Assembly: GCA_050251535.1 (NCBI GenBank)
Contig: JBFWMO010000003.1
Span: 9,768 to 73,767 of the forward strand
Reading direction: 5' to 3'
From: Acidithiobacillus sp.
GTDB taxonomy: Bacteria > Pseudomonadota > Gammaproteobacteria > Acidithiobacillales > Acidithiobacillaceae
Length of the DNA stretch: 64,000 nucleotides
Positions 33,781 through 42,194 of the stretch are shown piece by piece. A program made the translations under genes and the position numbers. Below the pieces are notes generated by a model that saw only the letters and a list, made by a program, of their open reading frames with translations, was not told the DNA's origin and searched no databases. Position 1 is the first letter of the stretch. Each line of letters begins with the position of its first letter.

Positions 33781-34080
33781 TCACAGCCAGAAAACCACCA
33801 CTTTCTGCTTTTTTCCAGTACGGATCTGGGCCGCAATGTGGCCGGTAATGGCGCCGCCACCATCGAGCTTTTTCAACACCGCAACACGGTTTGCATCGCG
33901 TCGATACAGCCAACCGACGGGAACGTCCGCGAATCCGTCCAGCCAGACGCCAACTGCGTCGGTATCGAATCGGTTGCCCGTATCCCGAGCAATTCGTACC
34001 TGGTTATCCGCCGGGATGCCTGACAGCCCGGATGCTGCAGGGAACTCCTGGTTGAATGCCAAATTGGATATTCTGCGCAT
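33781..34080 (-). CDS. HIRAN-domain protein
   Basis: VRIARDTGNRFDTDAVGVWLDG...PVGWLYRRDANRVAVLKKLDGG fits the HIRAN pattern. The promoter motif lies at 34109-34128. Confidence 0.55.
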   Translation of the reverse strand: MRRISNLAFNQEFPAASGLSGIPADNQVRIARDTGNRFDTDAVGVWLDGFADVPVGWLYRRDANRVAVLKKLDGGGAITGHIAAQIRTGKKQKVVVFWL

Positions 34081-34108
34081 CGAAATCTCCGAGCAGGATC
34101 GTTGCTAC

Positions 34109-34128
34109 GGTATAGATCGACGGGGCAG
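34109..34128 (-). promoter_or_regulatory. motif copy (CTGCCCCGTCGATCTATACC on the minus strand) upstream of the HIRAN gene
   Basis: Lies 28 nt upstream of the ATG at 34080. Confidence 0.45.
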
Positions 34129-34235
34129 AGGATGGCGAACCGAATTGCCGGTGTGATGCCCCCCTTGGCATGAAGCAGACGTTACAACCGCCGTATGTCT
34201 GCTGATAGATCGGGGCTGGGCGTCGGCAGAAGCGA

Positions 34236-34259
34236 TTGACCTGCTCCCGATCTATACCC
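34236..34259 (+). promoter_or_regulatory. motif copy TTGACCTGctcccGATCTATACCC, 4 nt before the ATG at 34264
   Basis: GATCTATACCCtctcATG is identical to the topB module core. Confidence 0.5.
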
Positions 34260-34263
34260 TCTC

Positions 34264-34476
34264 ATGGCAAACCCAAAAGCAGATGATGACCTCCACATGG
34301 AATACGGAGAGATAAACGTCTCAGACGACTATCTCTGCGGTGACGCATTCACCGCAGACAATGCGCCTGACTTGTTGATTGCGGCAGCATGGGCAATCAA
34401 CGGATACCGCACCATCTACCGGGTAGACGAAGACAGTGAACAGGCCATAGAGAACATCATCGATGACGACGACTGA
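34264..34476 (+). CDS. small highly acidic protein (DNA-mimic, anti-restriction or antitoxin-like candidate)
   Basis: 70 aa, rich in Asp/Glu, ending IIDDDD. It is in a leaderless-like context. It contains a near-perfect palindrome copy at 34414-34428. Confidence 0.5.
   Translation: MANPKADDDLHMEYGEINVSDDYLCGDAFTADNAPDLLIAAAWAINGYRTIYRVDEDSEQAIENIIDDDD
34414..34428. promoter_or_regulatory. palindrome copy with one mismatch (ATCTACCGGGTAGAC), intragenic
   Basis: Sequence match. Confidence 0.5.
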
Positions 34477-34978
34477 GCAAATTCCCGCAGACACTCTGGA
34501 AGAACTCGCTGATCTGGCTGATCTGCTGCCTGTCGGCGCGCCTCTCCCGTACATCAAGGCAAAGCTGCTCGTTCTCGCATGGACCAGCATTGAAGAAAGC
34601 GCGATGGCATGGTCCGGGGCGAACCTAGTCCTAAAGGTCGATCCGGCAGCATACCAATCAGGCGAAGCAGTGTATGAGTGCCCGGACATGGGTTTGCTGG
34701 ATTTGTCCGTAGATCTCTGGCAGCCATTTCCGAATGGCTGGCGTGTTGCAGAGAGAAATGTGGATCTGTTTTCGCTGGCGATATTCTTGAAAATCAAGGT
34801 AGGAACATGGGGAACCACGCCAATAGCCCGCCGGCGGCACGTAACCAGAGACCGACTCGACGGGCTCGGCCTGGGGTGCCTGATCCATCCCTACAACGCC
34901 ACTGCGACGCTCTACCTGTCTGGAGATCGCTCGCTGATAGACATCATCCATAAAGATCTGCAAGACCAGATCAGGTGA
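34463..34978 (+). CDS. hypothetical protein
   Basis: 171-aa ORF that overlaps the upstream gene by 14 nt. I recognise no motif. Confidence 0.45.
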   Translation: MTTTEQIPADTLEELADLADLLPVGAPLPYIKAKLLVLAWTSIEESAMAWSGANLVLKVDPAAYQSGEAVYECPDMGLLDLSVDLWQPFPNGWRVAERNVDLFSLAIFLKIKVGTWGTTPIARRRHVTRDRLDGLGLGCLIHPYNATATLYLSGDRSLIDIIHKDLQDQIR

Positions 34979-35048
34979 GCGATCATATGTTGTATCATAG
35001 CCCCCTTGGACCAAAGGGATTGCACTTCATTCTTGATCGGGCCGTGCT

Positions 35049-35558
35049 ATGCTCTCTATTATGAAGCAGATGATGGTTGATCCTCATGGTCGCGACTCTG
35101 CCCTGACCGCTTTACACTACTTAGGTCAGCGAGAAGATCTGTCGACGGTCACACTGTTCTGGTTGTTGAGTAACCCTCAACCGGATATGGCTTTGCGCGA
35201 CCTGGAGCCACCACTCGGCTATTTTACGCGCCACGCCAATCCAGATCTGGAAGGCGCGGGGCTGCGAGACGCCTTGGAATTCAACCTGCGGCAACATGAC
35301 TGGCCTGCAGTCCAACGGGGAGGCTATTTGCTGGATTTGCTCTGCTATTTCGCTCCGCAGCATGACGAATGGCAGCATTCTTTGTTGCCATGGCTGGATG
35401 ACGTGGCAAACCGATTGCCTGAAGTCCCATTGTTGCCGTTTTTTCCCAGAGATTCACGGCACAATCCCATGGATGCCATGGCAGCTCGCTGGCATCTCTC
35501 ATCCGGGGTGCTCTACGACCGTCTCAAGCGGTTGTTGCGGCCGCCGTATGTCTGCTGA
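35049..35558 (+). CDS. hypothetical protein, upstream partner of the 35555 NTase
   Basis: 169 aa. A remnant copy lies at 4934-5066. Its stop overlaps the next ATG. Confidence 0.55.
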   Translation: MLSIMKQMMVDPHGRDSALTALHYLGQREDLSTVTLFWLLSNPQPDMALRDLEPPLGYFTRHANPDLEGAGLRDALEFNLRQHDWPAVQRGGYLLDLLCYFAPQHDEWQHSLLPWLDDVANRLPEVPLLPFFPRDSRHNPMDAMAARWHLSSGVLYDRLKRLLRPPYVC

Positions 35559-36456
35559 GTACCCGCACCTATACACCGAACGGCCCATCTTTCAGGCCGC
35601 ACGCGAGCTGATCCGGCAGACCGAATCCAGTATGAACGGTCATCTGGAAGAGCCGGTACGCCTTATCATGACGGGCGGTGCCGCCATGGCTCTGTATTCC
35701 CCGACCCGCAGTTCGGAGGACGTGGACGCTATTTTCTCCCACCGGATAGTTTTGCCAGAAGTGCTTATACCCTACGTGGATGAGCACGGACAGCGCTGCA
35801 CGCTGACTTGGGACCGCAATTACGCGCCGGTCATCGGCCTGATGCACCCGGACGCGGAGGAGGACGCCATCTTTGTGGCGCAGTCGCAGGATAAACAATT
35901 CGATATTCTGGTGCTTTCGTCGGTCGATCTGGCGGTATCCAAGCTGGGGCGATACGCTGACAATGACCAGAGGGATATTCAGGAACTTTACACCGAAAGG
36001 CTGATCACTCCGCAGGCACTGGAAACCCGCGCTGCAGCCGCTATGCGCTATTACGTGGGAAATTTGGGACAGGTTCACCACAACACCATAACCGCACTAC
36101 AAAACATGGGGTATCAGCCAACCATCCAGCCACCGCCTTCCAGATATATTCCCCCGGAACCCACACGCCTGAAACGCAACGACGCGCAGCGGCTGGCGGA
36201 AGGTGGAGGATCTGAGTTGCCAACGCATTGCCTGTCCAGAGGGCAGATTACTGGCATACTGATCAGCTTAAGTGAAGACCGTTCCGTGGCCTTCCTGAGC
36301 CCCGCACGGGACATGATCGCTGTCTACCGCAGTGATTATAACGCCATGCCAGAATTGTCCGCATTCAAGGGTAAATTGGTGACGATGCTCGAACAGGGGC
36401 ATAAACTGATTGTGCGTGACCGTGATAAAGAGCGGGGCAAGGGGCGTGGTTTATGA
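35555..36456 (+). CDS. nucleotidyltransferase-fold protein (DUF6036-like) with a ~110-aa C-terminal domain and an ERGKGRGL tail
   Basis: Internal ATG of ORF 35296..36456. It contains LIMTGGAAMALYSPTRSSEDVDAIF. Confidence 0.6.
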
Positions 36457-36775
36457 AAAAAAGTGTGGTTCCCAGCCTGCGGCCATGGCTTCACATAGAG
36501 CCTCGTCGGGAGATGACGAGTCCAGCGAACGACTGTTGTGCAGCGTTTGCAGTCATTCCGGTCCAATCTTGGAACGCATAATATGAACCAAGAAGCGGAC
36601 GTTCGGTTATGGCACCACGGATTACCGGAGTTCGGCCTTTGCTGCCACTGGGGGATAGAAGTTGGAAGGCTGGAATCGAACATTAACCGGCCATTCTGCA
36701 CGCAAATCACGCTGAGAACTATCCCATCACCTACGAATTTTATCTGGTCCTGGATAGCACAGCGAAGAAAATCAA

Positions 36776-38173
36776 CTAACTGATGTCTTGGATATCCAAT
36801 TCCAACTCCTTCGTTACTCGCCGAATTCTCTTAGCAAACTCCGATTGTATCGCTGCATCGTCCCAATCATTCAGATGTGCGATTCCAAAATAGTCAGAAA
36901 GAATAATTCTCTGTTGTTCAACTGAAGTTGTATCGAAGTTGGGAATATAGCTGTTGGCAGTCGGATTGCGACGTTTTGTCTCAAAGAATGTGCGCACGAA
37001 CGACTTGGCCTGACAATCGCTCGGTAGGTCAAATCGTTTAAGGAGATTACCCACCGTACGATCGAGTCTCCATAGCTGCTCCAAATGATCTTCGTCGATC
37101 TGGGAAAAATAGAAGACCCAACCCTTCCTTGCCCCCTCAAACAAACATCCAGTGACCCGTAAATTTAGCCGCCACATCAGTATATTGCGCGCAACATTAA
37201 ATTGGAATTGGCGAATATTTCTATTGAGTGCCTGAGAATTTATTTTCTGAATCTTATATTTATAAGTCGTGAATATATCGGCGAGAGAATCCTCCAAACG
37301 TTTTACAGACTCCATTTTCGCAAGACAGCGCTGATTGCGAAATTCATACCCGAGGAAATGGAATGTGTCACTGATAGGTCCGCAAGCAGTCTTTGTTCCG
37401 CCTAGTTTCAGCGGATAAGCATCAAGCTTGTGTTCATCCAGAAGGCGCGCACTCATCTCTTCCACTAAGGATGTGGCACCTGTTTTTGCGAGAACCAGAA
37501 TATCGTCAACGTATCGAAAATACTTTATATCTTTCCTGCTGATATAGTTATGGTCGAAGGGGGTCAAGTGAATCTCGGCAAGTATGTTAGAAACAGCGAG
37601 TCCTTGCGGAACGCCTTTCTTATTTGCGGCTGCCTCCTTGTTTGGAAAGGGAACCGTTGGAGTCTCAATCCCCGAGGTGAGCAGCTTTAGAAGATTCTCG
37701 TTCTGAATTTTCACCTTTATACGACTCAGGAGGATGTCATGACGAATCGACGGATAAAAATTCTGAATGTCGAGCTTGGCAAAAAATTCATATTCTCCGG
37801 TCTTAATAACTTCCTTTACCTCATGAATTATGGCCTGCGGAATATTACGTGACAGATCTGAAGCGAAAATCTTATTCAGTACGTTGCAAAGAGCGCGTAG
37901 TGCAATTCTATCTCGGAAGGTCGGAATAGAAATTTCTCTCGGATACCTCTTCGCTCCCTTTGAGATTAGTTTCTCTCTGTATTGTGAAAATCGGTATGTT
38001 CCAGAATTGGCTTTGCGATGCAGCACTTCTATATGACGGCAGAGTTGCTGCGTGAATTGCCTTTTGCCTAGTCGATCAATCCCGATAGCACTCGTTTGAG
38101 CGACATGCTTATGGTAGATATCAAGAAGATTTTCTTGGGAAAACTCTTGTGTGAACAGGTCGCCGGAATCCAT
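36776..38173 (-). CDS. reverse transcriptase (retron/Abi/UG-like, not intron-type by context)
   Basis: Motif A KLDIQNFYPSI, motif B GVPQGLAVSNILAEIHL, motif C YFRYVDDILVLA, motif E FHFLGYEF. It has a ~170-aa C-terminal extension. Confidence 0.9.
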   Translation of the reverse strand: MDSGDLFTQEFSQENLLDIYHKHVAQTSAIGIDRLGKRQFTQQLCRHIEVLHRKANSGTYRFSQYREKLISKGAKRYPREISIPTFRDRIALRALCNVLNKIFASDLSRNIPQAIIHEVKEVIKTGEYEFFAKLDIQNFYPSIRHDILLSRIKVKIQNENLLKLLTSGIETPTVPFPNKEAAANKKGVPQGLAVSNILAEIHLTPFDHNYISRKDIKYFRYVDDILVLAKTGATSLVEEMSARLLDEHKLDAYPLKLGGTKTACGPISDTFHFLGYEFRNQRCLAKMESVKRLEDSLADIFTTYKYKIQKINSQALNRNIRQFQFNVARNILMWRLNLRVTGCLFEGARKGWVFYFSQIDEDHLEQLWRLDRTVGNLLKRFDLPSDCQAKSFVRTFFETKRRNPTANSYIPNFDTTSVEQQRIILSDYFGIAHLNDWDDAAIQSEFAKRIRRVTKELELDIQDIS

Positions 38174-38174
38174 G

Positions 38175-38993
38175 TTAATTCATGGCAAATATCATGTAAC
38201 TATAGATTAAAACTGGGGATCCATATAGAAGCCACAGGCTCAGATAGCGACTGATAAAATAGCACCAGATATAAATGTAGTCCCAGCTTGTAAGTGTGCG
38301 TGACGTTCCCCTCCTTCCATATGGGAAGCGTGCGCAGCGATCATCCATGGCAGTGTGATTTTCGCTGTTCGCAATGGCCGTTCCATATTCCGCTTGAACG
38401 TACTCAATCACTTTCTGTAATTCTGCTGAGTCGGCTTGGCATTCTGCCACTTCAAGCTGGCCAAAAAGCTCCTGAAGGCGTGTGTAATTCTCTTTAAAGT
38501 GACGTGCCCTGGCGGGAAATCCTCTAGAGCTTATATAGAAAGAGAGTCCAAATAGGGTTATAGAGAGAATGATTCCAAAAACACCCGCAGCCTTGTCCGA
38601 TATTGGTTTGTATGCCAACTGTGTGACAGATAATGAAATGCTGTAGATGGCGTAAAACATCAAAAGCAACTGCGAGTGAAGTTCATTACGAAGTAACCTC
38701 TTCTCGGAGTAAATGCGGGCAATTCGTGTGAACCAAATTCGATCTTTGAGCTTATTTACTATATCAGTAAGGCACGGCATTTGGCATCCTTCCAACAAAG
38801 TTGAAAACTGGAGGAGGTGGACGGATAAATATCTAAGGATAAATTCCCCTAATAAAGCATGGCTTTTGGGGGACTGGTCGTAACGACCCACCAAGCTATG
38901 AAGACTTGGCGATTTAATACGTTCACCTCTTAATGGAGGTTCTGGTTGCCCAGCGTCCAACCCCATCCGAGGAACACTATACACGTACGACAT
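38175..38993 (-). CDS. SLATT-like multi-TM effector candidate
   Basis: 272 aa. Central TM pair LLLMFYAIYSISLSVTQLAY and GVFGIILSITLFGLSFYISS, preceded by IWFTRIARIYSEKRL. The C-terminus is hydrophobic. The stop lies 1 nt before the RT ATG. Confidence 0.6.
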   Translation of the reverse strand: MSYVYSVPRMGLDAGQPEPPLRGERIKSPSLHSLVGRYDQSPKSHALLGEFILRYLSVHLLQFSTLLEGCQMPCLTDIVNKLKDRIWFTRIARIYSEKRLLRNELHSQLLLMFYAIYSISLSVTQLAYKPISDKAAGVFGIILSITLFGLSFYISSRGFPARARHFKENYTRLQELFGQLEVAECQADSAELQKVIEYVQAEYGTAIANSENHTAMDDRCARFPYGRRGTSRTLTSWDYIYIWCYFISRYLSLWLLYGSPVLIYSYMIFAMN

Positions 38994-39589
38994 GAATCAA
39001 AGAAGGCCTTGGCGCTACGATCATCTCCTCGCATTCAAGTGCGCCCTCTGACATTCGAGGACGCTCCGCGACCAACGTCCGTTAACTGCGCGGGTGTTGA
39101 CGTTCGTTCGGCGCATACTACATAACCGGATTGGCCGAACTCCGGGCGCCGACGATGCCCACCTTGAATGACTGCTTTGGGTCATTTGCTTTCCGCTGCT
39201 GAACGACCGCAATCAGTCTGGACCTGCCATTGGAGGCGTAGACCTGATCCAGGTTGCGCGATCGGCCTTGCGGCTTGCGATTGGATGATTGTGCCCCGGA
39301 CGTTCTGGTCGCAGGCGTAGTCCTTTCCTCGTTGGGGCTCAGACGGCGCACTCCCACTGAGATCTGCGTCCACCATGCGGCACAGCACGCGCCTGCACTC
39401 CCAGCCACAGGCGTAGTTGCGGCGGATGCAGTACACAGCAAAGCCTGCCGGGGACTACTCGCCGGAGCAATGCTCTCCAGGCGAGCAGCGCCGGTGTAAT
39501 TTTGGTGTAATCTGGTGCAATTTACAGGCTGTTGATGCTGGTAAAAACCCTTATTTATTGGGCTATTCATGACGTTCACATGCCTTCAC

Positions 39590-39629
39590 ACGGCAGGGGT
39601 CACAAGTTCGAACCTTGTACCGCCCACCA
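39590..39629 (+). other. 3' fragment of a tRNA gene (T-arm, acceptor 3' strand and CCA); candidate att repeat marking the ICE end
   Basis: ACAAG-TTCGAAC-CTTGT T-arm, then ACCGCCC, A and CCA. The upstream sequence cannot form the 5' acceptor, D or anticodon arms. Confidence 0.6.
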
Positions 39630-39842
39630 ACAAAAACAACGGGTGAGATTGTATCCTTCCGATTTCTTCCATAGGGCAAAGGCCGATTCGAGGGCTTTGC
39701 TTTGTGCCTCGATTCGCAGGTGCATATAGCGTTCTGTCATTCGCATGGTGCTATCTCCGAGAATGTGGCTGAAAAATCGGCTAATGCGTGATTGTTATCG
39801 CGCCGGCATGAGCGTGACGTAGCCTTCTAAGAGAGTTTTTAC

Positions 39843-40003
39843 CGGAAATCCATGCTGATGGCCTGAAGATTGTGGGCGTTTAGACAGCGCGGCAGCACCT
39901 TCAGCTGCGTGCGCCGGCGGTTGAGAAACACGAAGAGCTGGCCGCTGGTCTCCTGTTCATCGATCAATCTTTGCCAGTCGCTCTGGCTGCGTCGCGGGTT
40001 CAT
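39843..40003 (-). pseudogene. IS66-family accessory-gene remnant (orfA N-terminus fused to a TnpB-like segment)
   Basis: My own translation is MNPRRSQSDWQRLIDEQETSGQ-LFVFLNRRRTQLKVL... The two parts resemble IS66 TnpA and TnpB signatures. Confidence 0.45.
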
Positions 40004-40894
40004 ACGTGCTTCTGCTCAGTGAATGCAGGAGCAGGATAGGCTGCACAACTCAGGCCGAGAAGTACAGTGCGCTTTGAGCGATTACTCCGGAAGAAATATA
40101 GACTACCGGACGCCCAGATTCCGATACGATTCCAGATCCAGGATGCCGCTCGCAGGAGCGGTAATGACTCCACGAATCTCCTCAACAGCCTGATGTGCAT
40201 CGATTCCTTTGTACTGCTGTCGCATCCTGGCAAACCATCCGGTGAAATCCCACCAGTTCGCCTCCCGACCCACCTCCCAGGTTTCTAGATAGTCCCGAAT
40301 GTACGCGGGTAATAGCGTTTGATCATGAACAGATCATAACCAATTGTTTCTTAAGGATCTGATACCCAACCCCTCGAAAATATAGTTTGATCATGGTGCC
40401 CATTAGCATCGTCGCCGCGTCCCGCAACGAGGTAATAAAGTTTGGTCACAGCAAGGCCTTGCGGTGAAGACCCGCAAGTCGAAGTATCCCGTTCGCTCTG
40501 CGAGTGGTGGCACAATACCTTCACACATCTGTCGGAGAGGAGCGGCCACCGCCATTCTCCATTTCGTCGACCAGATAGCGAGTTTCTAGAATGACGATAT
40601 AGCGCCCGGCCCTAATAAAGCGCTATTCAGCGTCGGGACCAGCACCATTTCGGGAGTGGATCAGATTCTCGGCCTGAAATTGGTACTTCAGATGGTGCCA
40701 TGATCAACCAGGTTCACAGCGTAATGACATGACACGCCCCCAACGTTCATGACGTGTAACTGAGCCCAAGTTGGAGCGTTGGGTATCCGCATGAAGCCTT
40801 TCCGCGGAATCTGTGCCTGTTTCCTGCTTTGCCTAATAGTGTCTGCATCAAGATTCATGTGCGCACAATATGACGGATTTCCAGCGCCTTTGGC

Positions 40895-41905
40895 CTAATC
40901 AAGGGATCGGATTGCATCCGACAGTATTTTAAGCTGTTGTAAAAAGGCTTCGCGGGCGGACCTCAGCTTTACCTGGAAAGATTCCATAGCCATGGTATCC
41001 CCGCGGTGCGCCGCTTCCAGTATAGCATTGGATAGTTCATGAATCTCCCGATGCGGCTTCTCCAGGGGCGCAAATTCGGTCAGGTGTCCAAAATTCTGCC
41101 GTCCGGCGCCGTCATACCATTTGCCCAGTCGGCATTGATGATAGTCTACGGGCAGGGGCAGCTCTTGCGCTGCTATCGCAGCATCCCCTTTCTCAGACTC
41201 GATTAACGCAACATCAACAAAGTGGCCATGGGTCTCAGCCGTGGCGTCGAATTGCATGAGGGTGGTCATGATCCGCATGCTGTGGGCCTTCCCTTGCAAG
41301 GATTCCACAAAACTCAGTACATTACTCGCATGGTCCTGCAGCTCCTGATTATGTTTGGCTATTTCCTGTCCCTGTTCCTGTAGGGCAGAAATCCCAGCGT
41401 CAATATCTTCGGTAGATGCGCGAACCCGGTTCGACAGGTTCCGGACCTCATCTGCAACCACAGCGAAACCCCGCCCATGTTCTCCAGCTCGTGCGGCTTC
41501 GATTGCTGCGTTCAGGGCCAGCAAATTGGTTTGATAGGAAATCTGTTGTATCTCTTGCAGGATGGCTCCAATAGACTGCAATTTCTGGTGCAAGGCCAAA
41601 ACAATTCGTTCATTGTTATGAATCACGGTAGCGGTGTTTTTGGAAGCGATTGACATACCCTGGGCGACCGATTCGATTTCTTCAGCAGAATGATCTACCT
41701 GGACGGTGACATTGCGCAACGACTCTGCCGTCTTGTGTGCCTTGTCTTCCGCTCCCTGCATAACTTGGATACGTTGCACTACAGGATCCAGGATCTCTTG
41801 TAGCGTGAAAGGAAGTTCTTCTTCCCGGGTGAGATCAACTTTCGCCGTACTTCCCATAATCCCGAGAAGATAGGCTGCAATTTGTGTGGCCAAAGTTTCC
41901 TGCAC
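40895..41905 (-). CDS. cytoplasmic methyl-accepting chemotaxis-type signalling protein with a C-terminal CZB (zinc-binding) domain
   Basis: MCP hairpin [37 protein letters not shown]-like HQCRLGKWY...H. No TM region. GTG start after AGGAGA. Confidence 0.8.
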   Translation of the reverse strand: MQETLATQIAAYLLGIMGSTAKVDLTREEELPFTLQEILDPVVQRIQVMQGAEDKAHKTAESLRNVTVQVDHSAEEIESVAQGMSIASKNTATVIHNNERIVLALHQKLQSIGAILQEIQQISYQTNLLALNAAIEAARAGEHGRGFAVVADEVRNLSNRVRASTEDIDAGISALQEQGQEIAKHNQELQDHASNVLSFVESLQGKAHSMRIMTTLMQFDATAETHGHFVDVALIESEKGDAAIAAQELPLPVDYHQCRLGKWYDGAGRQNFGHLTEFAPLEKPHREIHELSNAILEAAHRGDTMAMESFQVKLRSAREAFLQQLKILSDAIRSLD

Positions 41906-41942
41906 GAGTAACGGTCTCCTATTGATATTTATGCAACAACAC

Positions 41943-42194
41943 TCATGAATCTGCGCGATTGTTCTCAGCGTTACAACACGGATGCTCAGAGGATCGGGCA
42001 ATGTTCTGCTTTGGTGGGCACGGTACGGTGCCATAGGAACAGAACACACAACAATCACCAGATTTGGGCGAAAGCAGGGCACCGCAACCCTGGCATTCGT
42101 AGAAATACAGGCAGGCGTCCACGGGCATGGTTTCTATCTCGGGGTGCCCGCACACTGGGCAGGTGATGATCGATTGCAAAGTGACCGCGCTCAT
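41943..42194 (-). CDS. GDCCVxC-domain metal-binding protein
   Basis: Contains CPVCGH, ECQGCG and [10 protein letters not shown]. Confidence 0.75.
   Translation of the reverse strand: MSAVTLQSIITCPVCGHPEIETMPVDACLYFYECQGCGALLSPKSGDCCVFCSYGTVPCPPKQNIARSSEHPCCNAENNRADS

Larger units (their letters stand above)
1..39629. mobile_element. right-hand portion of an integrative conjugative element (Trb-type T4SS, TraG, ParAB, TraF, TopB, toxin/defence cargo); left end is outside the window
   Basis: Contiguous conjugation, partition and cargo genes. A repeated element-specific palindrome and promoter motif occurs only within 1-34.4 kb. A 3' tRNA fragment at 39590-39629 is a candidate att repeat. Confidence 0.7.

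Noticed and set aside
7141-34430. Recurrent peptide VYRVDG / VYPVDG at the N-termini of several track ORFs (27600..27839, 29459..31570, 28697..28951, 34264..34476)
   Set aside because: It is simply the translation of the DNA palindrome GTCTACC(C/G)GGTAGACGG. True starts lie downstream, with an RBS (for example the topB GTG at 31492).
36590-36700. tRNA-like strings (GTTCGATTC on the minus strand, GGCACCA on the plus strand) downstream of the RT
   Set aside because: The flanking bases do not pair into a T-stem or acceptor stem, and no cloverleaf can be drawn.
39021-39579. GC-rich ORFs (39118..39579, 39182..39436, 39021..39212) between the SLATT-like gene and the tRNA fragment, considered as an integrase or recombinase remnant
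   Set aside because: I could not recognise any integrase or recombinase motif. The compositions look off-frame (Arg/Ser/Cys-rich). The region is left unannotated.
40090-40320. Minus-strand open frame ...YIRDYLETWEVGREANWWDFTGWFARMRQQYKGIDAHQAVEEIRGV... with no start codon, plus short TTGATCATGG inverted repeats at ~40386 and ~40690
   Set aside because: It is probably a 3' gene fragment and MITE/IS debris, but I cannot name the family. The evidence is too weak to annotate.
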